From positions 39,618,001-39,682,000 of the forward strand of contig OZ024744.1 of the NCBI GenBank assembly GCA_964016885.1: a DNA stretch of 64,000 nucleotides, written 5' to 3'. A program made the position numbers and the translations under genes. The notes beneath the pieces are model-generated. The model was not told the origin of the DNA. It saw only the letters and a list, made by a program, of their open reading frames with translations, and made no database searches. This document shows, in pieces, positions 1 to 13,028 of this stretch. Within the stretch, counting starts at the first letter, position 1; each line of letters starts with the position of its first letter. Source of the stretch: Eledone cirrhosa. Taxonomy: Eukaryota.

Positions 1-2860
1 CAAGTTTGGCACAGGAAATGAAGAAGGCTTCAGGCTTCTAGAATTCTGCGACGCCAATGACATGTCGATATGTAACACAAACTTCAAAAATCCCGACAAC
101 CACCTGATCACCTATAGATCAGGGGAGCACTCTAGTCAGATAGATTTTATCCTCATCAGAGGACGTGACAGATGGACGGTCGTAAACACAAAAGCCTTCC
201 CTAGTGAGGAATGTACATCCCAACATAGCTTAGTTGTCAGTGACCTCACAGTCAGAACTAGACGAACCTGGAAACAAAAGCCAACCTTGAGAAGAAATAT
301 CTGGAAGCTGAAAGACCCCTCAACCAGTAACAGATTTAAAGATATTTTACTCAATGCCTACGACAGTAAAGAAGAACAGATAGAAACATTCAATGTAGAA
401 GAGAACTGGGAGTTCCTAACAAATAACTTACTAGAGGCGACGGATGAGGTCTGTGGCTGGAGTAAGACCTCAAGCAGGAGGAAAGTGACTTGGTGGTGGT
501 ACAATAAGGTAGATGAGGCAGTTAAGGCCAAGAGACAAGCATGGAAAGAATGGAAGAATGGGGGGAGCAGGGTACATTACATAGAGACCAAGAGGGAAGC
601 TAGGCGACAAGTATACTTAGCTAGGAGGGAAGCAGAGGATAGAAAATTCAAGCATGTTTTACAACGTGAGGACCAGAAACAGGAGGTGTTCAAGATTGCG
701 AGGCAGTGTGTCAGAGATAGTTGTGATGTCATTGGAGAGAAGTGTATCTGGGATGATAAAGGTGAGCTTGCCCTCACAAGTGCTGAGAAGAAAGATGCAT
801 GGAAGAGTCATTATGATAGATTATTAAATGAGGAGAATGCATGGGAAGAAGAGACCCTACCCCAAGTAGACCCTATAGAGGGGCCAGCAGTACAAGTCAG
901 CAGCAACGTAGTAAGTAAGGCAATCAAAGATATGAAGATGGGGAAGGCAACCAGTCCATCGGGTATAGCTGCCGAGATGCTGAAGGCATCTGGGTCTGTA
1001 GGTCACACTATAACCACACGTATTGTTAACCAGGTAATACTAGAAGGTGTCATACCAAAAGATTGGTGCAGTAGCATCATTGTCAACTGCTACAAAGGTA
1101 AAGGTGATGCACTAGATAGAGGAAACTATAGAGGTATAAAGCTGATGGACCAGGTCATGAAAGTAACAGAAAGAGTTATAGCACAGCTGATTAGGGACCG
1201 GGTGAAAATAGACGGGATGGAATTTGGGTTTGTACCAGGAAGAGGCACCACTGATGCCTTCTTCCTTGTGAGGCAGTTACAGGAAAAGTACCTAGCTAAA
1301 AGTAAGCCACTCTACCTGGCATTTGTCGATCTTGAGAAAGCCTTTGACAGAGTTCCACGTGCTGTAATCTGGTGGGCTCTTAGAAAACTAGGAATAGATG
1401 AATGGCTTGTGAAAGCTGTACAAGCCATGTATAGGGGAGCAGTCAGCAAAGTTAGGATTAGCAATGAGTATAGCGAGTAATTTAGCATACAAGTTGGGGT
1501 CCACCAGGGCTCTGTTCTTAGCCCCTCCTGTTCATCATAGTCCTGCAGGCAATAACGGAGGAGTTTAAGACCGGATGCCCATGGGAACTCCTGTATGCTG
1601 ATGACCTCGCAGTTATAGCTGAATCTATGGTAGAACTAGAGAAGAAATTCCAAACTTGGAAGCAGGGACTAGAAAGAAAGGGTCTCAAAGTCAACATGAC
1701 AAAGGTCCTTGTAAGTAGACGAGAAAACAGAACCCAGATCCCCGCAGGGAAATGGCCTTGCTCAGTGTGTAGGAAAGGTGTAGGTAGGAACTCCATTCTC
1801 TGCCCCAAATGCAAACAATGGGTACACAAGAGATGTAGCGGGATCTCAGGAAGCTTAATTAAGAATGTAGGCTTCACATGCAGCAGCTGTGCTGGGACAG
1901 CAAGCAGCAAACAGCCACAGGAAACAAGCACTACCAATCTCTGGAAGGGCTCTGTAGAAACAGTAGAGGGCTTCTGCTACCTAGATGACCGAATTAGCAG
2001 CGGAGGTGGGTGTTCAGAAAGTATAATAACTAGAGTAAGAACGGGATGGAAGAAGTTTAGGGAACTACTACCACTGCTAGCTGCAAAAAGCTCCTCCCTA
2101 AAAATGAAAGGCAGACTGTATGATGCGTGTATCCGAACAGCAATGTTACATGGTAGTGAGACCTGGGCGCTGAAGGTGAAAGACTTACGTAGATTAGAAA
2201 GCAACGAAGCCTGCATGTTCCGATGGATGTGTAATAGTAATATACGCGAACGGCAAAGCATAAATGAATTGAGAGAGAGACTGAGCATAAGAGGAATCAA
2301 ATGCTGTGTGCAGGAGAGGCGGTTGCATTGGTATGGACATGTGATGCATATGAAGGATGACAGCTGCATAAAAAGGTGCAGAGCACTAGAAGTCAATGGA
2401 AACCGCGGAGTGGGGAGACCCAAGAAGACCTGGGATGAGGTGATAAAAGCCGACCTTACCCAATTACACCTCTCAAAGGCGATGACACACGACCGTGACC
2501 TCTGGCATCACGCAGTAATATAGAGTACCCGACCTCCCAGTGGTACAAGCTGAAGCATATAGACAATATGCCCTCACACCCTCCCACTGCAAGGTGGTCG
2601 TGGAGGTGCCACGGCAAAAAAGCACCCAGCCCACACTGTAAAGTGGACGTGTAGGCGCCTCGGAAAAAGCACCCAGCACTCACTGTAAATGAGGTTGGTG
2701 TTAGGAAGGGCATCCAGCTGTAGAAATATAGTCAGAATCAGTTCCAGTATGAGCAAGACAAAGTCAGCCGACTGGACACTGCCCACAACAAGACAACCCA
2801 TCTAACCCATGCTAGCATGGAAGAACGGACGTAAAACGGTGATGATGATGATGATGATGA
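1..2860 (+). mobile_element. RTE-clade LINE (APE endonuclease C-terminus + RT with PHD-like insert), inactivated, 5' end outside window
   Basis: ORFs 62-1480 and 1627-2523 carry SQIDFIL, NYRGIKL, FVDLEKAFDRV, LLYADDL, LHGSETW and GRPKKTW. Premature TAA at 1478 (GAA in the copy at 19131) and frameshift near 1522. 3' UTR ends in (GAT)n at 2841-2860. Confidence 0.95.
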
Positions 2861-2876
2861 TATATATATATTTATT

Positions 2877-3009
2877 TATTTATTAAAATAACAGATTAAA
2901 GTTTAAGCAAAGAATCGCTGCTTTCACCCTTAATGGGTTTCAGAAGATCCCGTTAAGGATGAAAGCAGCGATCCTTTGCTTAAACTTTAATCTGTTATTT
3001 TAATAAATA
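2877..3009. repeat. Foldback inverted repeat (61-bp arms, 11-nt loop) with hammerhead-like centre
   Basis: 2877-2937 is the reverse complement of 2949-3009 with ~3 mismatches. Centre reads CAGAAGA-TCCCGTTAAGGAT-GAAA. Confidence 0.85.
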
Positions 3010-3362
3010 TTTCCTCTAGGGTTCTTAAATATTTGATATATATTTATCCTTATCAAGCCCTCTTTGGGCCCTCGGAAGTCTCCCCCCTATTGGGGAATTT
3101 TTCATGTTTCTTTTATTACATCCTCTGTTTTTTTTTTTGTTTTTTACATGCAGAAATGCCCATTTGTACCGTCCTTTATTGTACTGTCCTTAATGTCTAC
3201 TTTATGTAAACCCTTGTGGTTAATAAAGAAAGCATTATTATTATTTGCCTTTCATCCTTACGGGTCGATAAAATAAAGTACCAGTAATGCACTGGGTAAT
3301 TGCTGGCCTTGTGCCTAAAGTAGAAACAATTATTATTATTATTATTATTATTATACACACAC

Positions 3363-3422
<60 letters not shown>

Positions 3423-4200
3423 CATAATGTACATAACATACACACATCATACATATGTATATATCATTATCCTCGTCGTTTAACGTCCATTGACCCTTAG
3501 GAAGAAAAACAGATCAAAGAATCATGTATGTGAACAAATCTAAAAAATATTTTATTCAATATCTTAAATAAAAATTAAAACAAAGCAAACAAAAATAGAT
3601 TAAATCAGTTTAAGCATAAGGTTAATTTACGAAAGATAGGGAAAAATTTTGAAATTTGTTAGCCACCGAGGTACTTTATTTCAGTTATTCTACTTTTACA
3701 TATAGCTATCTGCATTGTGGCAAAAACATTTTGAAATATCTAAATCAATTGTTTATTAAAATTTCTTGTGGCTTCTTTTACGTGATTTCATGTATTCAAC
3801 CGTTGCAAGGGAGGTAATAAAATTAGGTTGGTATAACCTATATTTGAAAAATAAAAGCTATAGCGTATCTGCTGAGAGGAATCCAAGAGATGGTGGTTGT
3901 ATGATTCATGTTTTATTTGCATGCATGATCCAGTAAGTCGCAGAAGCGCCTGACATTCGGTGTCTCTTGGGATTTTGAAACCTGTAAGAGCACATCCTTC
4001 TACAAGTCTGAATACAGCTGATTTCTTCCAGAGCAGGATAGATACTGAGAGAAAGTAAGTGAGAAAGAGATATAGAGGAAGATCCCTGTACTAGCCTGGT
4101 ACTTTTTTATCGACCTCGAAAAGGTGAAAGACAAAGTTGACCACGGACATAAAAAAAATGTAATGTATTTAAAACAGTAGAAACATATCTATAAAGATAT

Positions 4201-4544
4201 CTCAGCACTTGTGAGGGCAAGCTCACCTTTATCATCCCAGATACACTTCTCTCCAATGACATCACAACTATCTCTGACACACTGCCTCGCAATCTTGAAC
4301 ACCTCCTGTTTCTGGTCCTCACGTTGTAAAACATGCTTGAATTTTCTATCCTCTGCTTCCCTCCTAGCTAAGTATACTTGTCGCCTAGCTTCCCTCTTGG
4401 TCTCTATGTAATGTACCCTGCTCCCCCCATTCTTCCATTCTTTCCATGCTTGTCTCTTGGCCTTAACTGCCTCATCTACCTTATTGTACCACCACCAAGT
4501 CACTTTCCTCCTGCTTGAGGTCTTACTCCAGCCACAGACCTCAT
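4201..4544 (-). mobile_element. Inverted 344-bp copy of the RTE LINE segment 444-787
   Basis: Reverse complement matches 444-787. The translation WWWYNKV...LALTSAE is identical. Confidence 0.92.
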
Positions 4545-4779
4545 ATCGAGGAAGATACTGTTAAATTAAATTTGCGTTGAACACCAACTATAAGATGATT
4601 TGAGAGTGGCCATTGCAGCATGTTTTGTTGGCCATTGTCCATGGGGCCCTTTGCCATTTTGTCCATGGGGTGCAGTTGAAACACAATAGAGTTGGTCACC
4701 CTCTTCCTCTCCCTTTGTTTCTACCTTTGTGTAGTAGTCTTTGCTCTTCCCCTCTTTTTCCTTTCATTTATACAATCCA

Positions 4780-7210
4780 TTGCTGTGTACGTTCAGAGGC
4801 TGGTGCTTCAGGTACCAGGGCCCGCACATGATAAGGGACTGCAGAGAGCCGAAGTCAGACATAATCTGGTACCAATACAAACAGCTAGGCCACATTGCCA
4901 ATAATTGCGACCAGGGAAATGGTCGGGGGGGGGGGGGGGGGCTACTGCGTTGGTAGCCACCCCTGGAAGTGAGTAGAGGCGCCTTTGCTGTCACTGCTCG
5001 TAGTAGAAGTTCTGGTGGGGGGAAGCCATCGCGAGTCCTCGTGGACACAGGCTGCACAACAACATTAGTGACCAGGGAGGTGGTTAAAAAGTGGAGCGGG
5101 ATGAGCAGTATAAGGGCAGACTATGGCAGGGAGATTAGATGCAGAGGTAACAGCGAGGTGGAGATGGTGGTACGGGGAAGAAAAATTAGGCTCCGGCGAT
5201 CGTGATTGACCACGTGGTGGACGCAATTGATGTAGTAATGAACATGGATGCGATTGGCTGCTTAGGAGGCATTACAGTGAGTGAAGTCAGGGTAATGTTT
5301 GGTAGCACGGAAACATCAAGTGCCACGAGTGTGCAGGGAGAATCCACGAAGAAAACATCATACAGGACAAGGATTTCAGGGCTGTGTTCGATGGGCAGCG
5401 GTGGGTAGTTGAGTGGTACTGAAAGGGTGAACCACCAATGCTGAAGAATAAAGTGGGCTGTTATCAGCATACCCTGAAAGGAGATGCCAGAAGCGAGTTT
5501 GAGGGAGAGGTACAGAGATGGATCAAGGAGGGTATACTGCTTCCTTTGAAGGAGGAGGTAAAGTGTGGAGTGTTGCCATTAATGGCAGTGGTGCAGCTCA
5601 TGAAGAACAAGGTTAGGCCGGTGTTGGACTTTCGTGAACTGAATGAACACATGCCATGCCACACAGGCGGTGAGGTCACAGATGTCTGTGGGGAAACCTT
5701 GCGAGAGTGGAGACGAATGACGGGGGTCTCCACAATTGTCGACTTAAAGTCGGCATATCTGCAATTACATGTGGATGAGAAGCTGTGGAAATAGCTGGTC
5801 AGGTATAAGGGCCAAACATACTGCCTGACCAGGCTTAGCTTCGAGTTGAACCCCGCTCCAAAGATCATGGTGATGGTCCTCAAGACCATTTTGAGAAAAT
5901 CAGACAAGAGGGCATCCAACTCCTACTTCGACGACATCTTGGTGGACGAGACGGTGGTGTCAGCAGCAGAGGTCTCAAACCACTTAGGAAGATTCAGGCT
6001 GACCGCGAAACCACCGGACATGATGGAAAGAGGAGCCATGGTAGGACTCAAGCTTCAAAGAGATAAGACGGGCACACTGGTGTTTTAGAGGTGAAACAAA
6101 GTCCCGGAACTGGGCCCCGACATGAATAGACGAGAACTCTTCTCAATGTGTGGTAAATTAGTGGACCACTATTCGATCGCAGGGTGGCTCCAGATGGCAT
6201 GCAGCTATGTTAAGAGATGAGCAGACGGGGTGAGATGGGGTGACAGGGTTGGAGAGAGGACAGTGGCTATGATGCAGGAGATTGTGGGGGAGGGTAAAGG
6301 CGGATGACCCAGTAAGAGGATGCTGATACGTCCCCAAATCGTATGGTGTGATGGCAGCAGCATAGCACTAGGGGTGACTCTGGAGATAGGGAACATTGAG
6401 GTCGAAGACACAGCCTGGCTCGGGAAGAAGGATGACTACAACCACATCAATGTGGCCGAACTTGATGCGACTAAGAGGAGTGAATCTTGCCCTGAGATGA
6501 GGGATGTGCACCATAGAAATCCGCACTGACTCAGCCACTGTACTCAGATGGGTGAGATCAATGCTTACCTGTGAGAAGAGGGTGCGAACGAGAGGGGCAG
6601 CAGAAATATTGAGAAAGTGCCACCTGGGAACTCTGGGAGAGCTGTCCACTGAGTTCGGCCTGGAGTTGAGTGTCGTTTTTGTGCCCTCAGAGAAAAACAG
6701 GGCAGACATATTAAGCGGAAATGGGATCGTGGAGAGACACCATCGCACGATCAAGGCCATGGCGGAAAGGGGGCATATTTCACAAATAGAGGCATTGTTC
6801 TGGTACAACATGTCGTCTCGGGTGGCACAGGTCAAGGAGTCAGTACCACACAGGGCAATTTACAGATACAAATGGCGACATCTGTGCACGGTACCACAGC
6901 AGCCGGTGGAGAGAGAGAAGACATTCGTATGAGTGAGTGAAAACATGTGTGTCAAGCCCCCGAACATGCCTTGCACATCTCAATGGGGAAAGGGTGTAAA
7001 TTCCCAAAACGTGTCTGTGGACAGAATGCCACATCACATCTTGGGCGTCCGTAGAGTCGTTGTTGTGACGGACTCCGAGGAAGAGGAAAATGAAAGCACT
7101 GCCCCAACACTGTGGAGATTGCAATGGAACTGCCGATTGGTCCTTGAGATCAAGGGTGATGTGGGGCTGCCGTGGGGGGAAGATTGCCAAAATTTGGGGG
7201 ACGCCTGACC
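4780..7210 (+). mobile_element. Degenerate Ty3/Gypsy-like LTR retrotransposon internal region
   Basis: Broken ORFs in the order zinc knuckle (CFRYQGPHMIRDC), protease (VLVDTG), RT (RPVLDFRELN, VDLKSAYLQ, YFDDILV), RNase H (VWCDGS, INVAELDA), integrase (NGIVERHHRTIK). No LTR pair resolved. Confidence 0.8.
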
Positions 7211-7986
7211 GGAAATGATGTCACACAAAAGTCAATTGACTACTCTCCTGCACCCTTGTGCCAGCAGTTCAGGTGTGTGTAGATGTGTTGTGCGAAGGCA
7301 GACTGAGTTGGATGAACCACACATAGAGAGTGGAACAACTCTGGCCAAAGTGATTCGAGGACACAAGGTAAGTCCAAATGCCTCCAGCTACATTAGTGAA
7401 ATACTGAATTACATATATACCCAGCCCACATTATAAAATGGTAGTATTGGTGCCTTGTAAAAAGTACCCTGTCAAATGGTAGTAGTAGTGCCATGACAAA
7501 ATTCTCCCAATACATGTTGTAAACTAGCACCCCACCAAAGCCAGATTTATTCTCATCCTGTTCTACAATGTATTACATGAAGTAGAGGCTGGTGTGGTTA
7601 TATCTGCCTTAGTGCATAAGCCTTGGGTTCTGACAATATAACCATCATGTTTCACCCTGAAGAAATGGTCAAGGGCTGGTCACACTGCTAGCACTTGCCT
7701 ATTCTGATTTAGTCACTAATCTGTGCCAGGAAAGATGCATTTAACATCCAGTAATCAGATTCCAGCCAATGAACAGAGCATAAATTTGCGGTCTGTTTGG
7801 CCTAAAAAACATTACAAGAACAATCTGGATGACCAACTGTGGTTGTCCCATGTTCAAACTGGCACCATTAGAAATGTGGAATGTCTGTGCTGGTTTGCAA
7901 GGCTGTGGCATCTCCTTCTCCGATGGTGACCTCACACAACCCCATTGTGCATCTAAAATACAGTTAAAGTCCCTAACTAGCATTAG

Positions 7987-8207
7987 CCCTTTAGCATTTA
8001 CATTTCTCTATATATAGTATTGTATTTTTGTGGTAAAAGCTTTATCTTACATAATTATCTCACATAATATCGAATCTATGAGATTTTGATGTTATTTATT
8101 TTGAGAACAATACTTTAACAGAAGTATGAGTGGCTAGTTACTGCCGGTTTGGACAGAAAAAGGTGAGAGACTTCTGGCCAGATATGGCCGGTTTAAATGC
8201 TAAAGGG
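7987..8207. mobile_element. TTAA-flanked MITE (piggyBac-like termini)
   Basis: TIR CCCTTTAGCATTTA...TAAATGCTAAAGGG with TTAG/TTAA flanks. Related copies at 18074-18270 and 28826-29015. Confidence 0.75.
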
Positions 8208-8966
8208 TTAAAGAACAGGCTGTTCCCATGAAAGCTTCATGATGCCTGAAAAAATCCAACTACCTGTTCCGGTCTCAAGGCACCACCTTCACTACTGCTT
8301 CCATCCAGTACGACCAACTTACCTTTCAGGGTCATGAAGTTCATCCACATTTTGAGATCCAAACATTTCTGAAACATCCCTGCCATGCAATTTCCACCTG
8401 TGACAGACCACCATAAATGAAAGTCTCACAATCATCAAAAATTTGTACAAGAGCACACATCCTAGAAATTCTAGTCTCACTGATGCACTGATGACAAACC
8501 TATCAATTTCTAGAACCTGAAATTGTTCTGCAAGTGATCTTGCTTCCAAACTGATCCCTGGTTATACTCATTTATACTTTCCACTTTAATTGGGGCTATT
8601 TTTGTTGGAGAAAGAAGTAAAAAGATAGATGTCACTCAACTTAGTCCTTGAAATGGATATTTTTAACTTCTTGTTGCTTGAAGCGATGAATGAAAAAGGC
8701 TACTCTAGGGTCTTATTTGGTTTTAATAAGAATGATTCTACATCTCCAGGGATGTTGGTGAAGAACTGTACAGGTGCCTGTATATGCTTTTGTACTGGTG
8801 CCTGTCCCAGTCTTCTTTTTCTTGAGGAGGGGGTAATTACTGAGATGCTCAGTGTTGGGATTTCTAATTCACTTTATGCCTTTGATGTGAGCCATCCTTT
8901 AATTTTCTGAGAGGCAGAAATTGGAGGACAGAGTCAGATATGTACGAGTGTGGCAGGGTTTAACTT

Positions 8967-9376
8967 TGTAGTGGAACTACGTCGTACCTCACAATAGCAA
9001 CATTTTCATATGCAATAAGGTTAAACTGACCAATGGTAAATTGTGTATGAATACATGGTCACTCTCACTCTCTCACTGGTGAAGAACCACCAGTACAGAG
9101 CTGACCAGGAGATGACTACGGATGTATGAAGAATTATTATAAAATGACTCCTACATTCTTTTCGACAATAAAAATTATATTTATAGAGGATTGAGTGTTA
9201 AAGAAATATTTATTTATATCCTGGAAGTCAGAAGCATATTACTACCAATGAGAAGCTACCAACTCATCGACTAAGGTATTTCTCTTATATCGTTTGTAAA
9301 AACAAGATCCTTAGAAGATTTTAACTTGCAGTTATAAAAAGATATAGGTAACATTTAACCTCACATCCTATCTATA
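8967..9376 (+). repeat. 5' LTR
   Basis: Direct repeat of 12619-13028 with about 6 substitutions. Begins TGTAGTG. Confidence 0.95.
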
Positions 9377-10408
9377 AAATGGTGACCCGACTATAAAGAA
9401 TACTTCCTTCTCATAAAAAAAAAAAGAATGTCGACTCGACAATAACAGACAATTTTTTCTTTCTTCGTACATGGTATCTTTGTCCAACATGGCGTCTCAC
9501 CTTCTTCTTCCTCACTGGTTCCCGCGCTTTTACTTTGGCCTACATAAGCAGTGCACTCTCTACTGTGGCAATGACACTACGGAACTTGAAATTTTTTTAC
9601 ATATTTTGGTGAAGTTTATGAACGTCTTTCTCCTGCAATGTCAAGTAATTTACTACCAATGTTTGGCGGGGATGAGCGAATCTGGCTTGCCCAGATTGAA
9701 TCATTTTTCCTCACACACAATATTCCGTCTGACTCTAGACAGCTCCATCTTTTACTGAGTGCCATTCCTGCTTGCTTACTTCAATGGTTAAGGACTTGAT
9801 TACCGACCCGTCTCCAGAGGCTACCTATAGCAGCATAAAAAAGAAATTCTCAATCGCACTTCTGTCTCGGTGGAAAGGAAGTTCCGCACACTAGTTAACG
9901 ATGTGCATCTTGGCAACTGTACACCTACTCAGCTCTTACGGAGGATGAGAGAGCTTGCGGAAGATGCACCAGCTGACAGCGCCATGATGAAGAAGCTTTT
10001 CTTCTCTAGGCTGCCTCCTAATGTCCAGGCCATTTTGGCAGCGTTGACCGAAACCAGTTCGGTGGATCAGTTGGCTTCATCCGCTGATAAAATCTTGGAG
10101 TACTCCAGCAATTCTACCACTTCTACCCCATCACGACTTGCAAAAAATTCTTCACCTTCGCCTGCCACATCAGTTTCAGCTAGCACCACTTCGACCAACG
10201 AAGCAACACTCAAGGCCATCCGTGACCTAACGAAGGAGGTACAACTTCTTCATTTATCCAGATCACGATCTCCCCGACAACGCTTGCAAAATCGCTTGCA
10301 ATCTTCACATCGTCGTTTCCAACCTTCACCATCGCGATCGTGCTGGTACCATAACCGTTTCGGAGCCTCTGCTCATAAATGTATCCAGCCTTGTTCTTTT
10401 TCACACCA

Positions 10409-10415
10409 GGGAAAC
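10409..10415 (+). promoter_or_regulatory. Putative -1 ribosomal frameshift slippery site G_GGA_AAC (gag/pol)
   Basis: X_XXY_YYZ heptamer in frame at the gag end (Q-G-N). The overlapping protease ORF 10379-11017 is in the -1 frame. Confidence 0.7.
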
Positions 10416-12618
10416 GAAGTAACGAAGAATTAAGGATGACATCTTCTCTGCAATCCTGTACTGAAAGTCGTGCATTTTTTGTTACAGATTCCTTCTCGCA
10501 CGCACGCTGCCTCATCGACACGGGTGTGTCTTGCAACATTTGGCCTTTAAAATTCTTGAGAGAGAAACCTTCTCTCTCACAGATATCACCACAAGCTATA
10601 AACCATTTAGCTATCCCTACGTATGGACAAATCTCTCGCTCTTTGGACCTGGATTTACGTAGAGATTTCTCATGGATTTTCACCATAGCTGATTTGCCAT
10701 ATGCTATTCTGGGTGCTGACTTTTTGCATCATTACAATCTTATGGTTGGTATGCGGACACGTCGTTTATTGGAAGCAACTACGAATTTTTCTGCACTTGG
10801 ACGTACTTCAGTAATCCAGTATATCAGTCCAGTCTTCTACATTGTTGCTTCGGATGACCTGTATCATGCGCTTTTGCATTCCTTTCCGGAATTAACTAAT
10901 CTGAACTTTGCGGTAGATACCCCTACTCACTCTACCAAACATTTTATTGAGACTAAGGGTGCTCCAGTTTTTTTCACGCCCGCGTCGCCTTGCTCCGGAA
11001 AAATTGAAAGCGGCTAAGGCAGAGTTTAACCATATGCTGCAGTTGGGTATCATTTGCCCTTCTTCCAGTCCACGAGCCTCGCCTTTGCACATGGTACCGA
11101 AACGTTCGGGAGACTGGCGTCCCACAGGAGATTTTCGGCGATTAAATTCGATCAATGTGCTGGACCGTTACCCAATTCCTTACATCCAGGATTTCGCTTC
11201 TTCGCTTCACGGATGTACTATCTTTTCAAAATTGGACCTGATCAGAGCATACCATCAAATTCCTGTGAATCCTGCGGACATTCCTAAAACTGCCGTTACT
11301 ACACCTTTCAGTGCATTCGAATTTTTAACAATGCCTTTTGGACTACGCAATGCTGCTAGTATCTTCCAGCGATTTATGGGCGTAGTCGTCCGTGACCTAA
11401 ATTTTGTATATTGCTACATCGACAATATTCTCATCGCGAGTGCTTCACCGGAGGACCATATCTCGCACCTCCGCCAACTGATTTAGGCAGTACCAAGTTC
11501 GTATTAACCTTGCGAAGTGTATTTTTCGGCGCTGCTTCTCTCATCTTTTTAGTCCACGTGATTAACTCTGAAGGAATATTCCCACTTCCCGAGAAAGTGA
11601 AGGCTCTTCAGGAACTCCCCCTGCCAACTTCCTTGCAACAGCTGCGGCAGTTCCTGGGCCTCCTAAATTATTATCAACGGTTTATCCCGCATTGCGCAGA
11701 ACTCTTAGCTTCACTATCTATGGAGTTACTACCGCTATTACTACAGACCGTGGTAGGCAGTTCGAATCTCAACTTTTCACAGATCTATCAAAGATCATCG
11801 GCGCTCAATGCATCAGGACTACCAGTTACCATCCTGCATCTAATGGAATGGTAGAGCATTTTCATTGCCAGTTAAAGGCCGCATTGCGTGCCTATCCGGA
11901 TACTCTACATTGGAGTGACAACCTCCCCATAGTACTACTCGGTATCCGCACTTCAATTAAAGAGGACCTTGGATTCTCTCCAGCCAAGCTTTCGTACGGC
12001 ACTACTTTATCTTTGGCAGGGCAGATGCTTGCCCCAGTTGACCTTTCTACTCAGGACCCTACACTCTATGTGACCCGTTTGTGTTCGCATTTTCAAGTCC
12101 TGCCTCCTATGAACACTAGGCAACAAGCCATTAAATCTTCGGTTCCGAGGGACATTGCCTCGTGGACCCATGTTTTTGTCAGAAATGACGCAGTGAGAAG
12201 TCCTCTCACTCCACCTTATTCTGGACCCTATCGCGTACTTGCACGTACATATAAACATTTCACCATTGACTTTAATAGACATAAAGACAGTATCTATTGA
12301 CAGACTAAAGCGGGCCTACACAGATGCTCTCACACCAGAACATCATACTCCTCCCCTCCTACAATGTGTCAATACAAACACCACCGCAAGCACCACAATC
12401 ACATACAAACACTCCTTTACCTTCAACATACATCACAACTCGTAGTGGTTGTCATGTCCATTGGCCCAAGAAACTTTATAAAACAATTTACATATGAACT
12501 ATTCTTTTTTTTTCTCTTTTTTCTTTATTTTTATATTTGCTTTGCATGACTTATGTTACCTTTGCAGACATTTTCTCCTCATTTTTATCGACTGCTTTCC
12601 AGTCTAAGCAAAGGGTGA

Positions 12619-13028
12619 TGTAGTGGATCTACGTCGTACCTCACAATAGCAACATTTTCATATGCAATAAAGTCAAACTGACCAATGGTAAATTGTGTAT
12701 GAATACATGATCACTCTCACTCTCTCACTGGTGAAGAACCACCAGTACAGAGCTGACCAGGAGATGACTACGGATGTATGAAGAATTATTATAAAATGAC
12801 TCCTACATTCTTTTCGACAATAAAAATTATATTTATAGAGGATTGAGCGTTAAAGAAATATTTATTTATATCCTGGAAGTCAGAAGCATGTTACTACCAA
12901 TGAGAAGCTACCAACTCATCGACTAAGGTATTTCTCTTATATCGTTTGTAAAAACAAGATCCTTAGAAGATTTTAACTTGCAGTTATAAAAAGATATAGG
13001 TAACATTTAACCTCACATCCTATCTATA
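12619..13028 (+). repeat. 3' LTR
   Basis: Direct repeat of 8967-9376, followed by TSD ACTT. Confidence 0.95.

Larger units (their letters stand above)
8967..13028 (+). mobile_element. CsRN1-clade Gypsy LTR retrotransposon, internally deleted
   Basis: 410-bp LTRs, 4-bp TSD ACTT, PBS TGGTGACCCGAC (tRNA-Trp type) at 9380 and PPT at 12606-12618. Gag has the CHCC motif CWYHNRFGASAHKCIQPC, followed by protease LIDTG, RT YIDN and integrase C-terminus with GPY. Confidence 0.93.

Noticed and set aside
1518-2423. Long antisense ORFs over LINE coding regions
   Set aside because: Shadow frames of RT coding sequence with no independent motifs.
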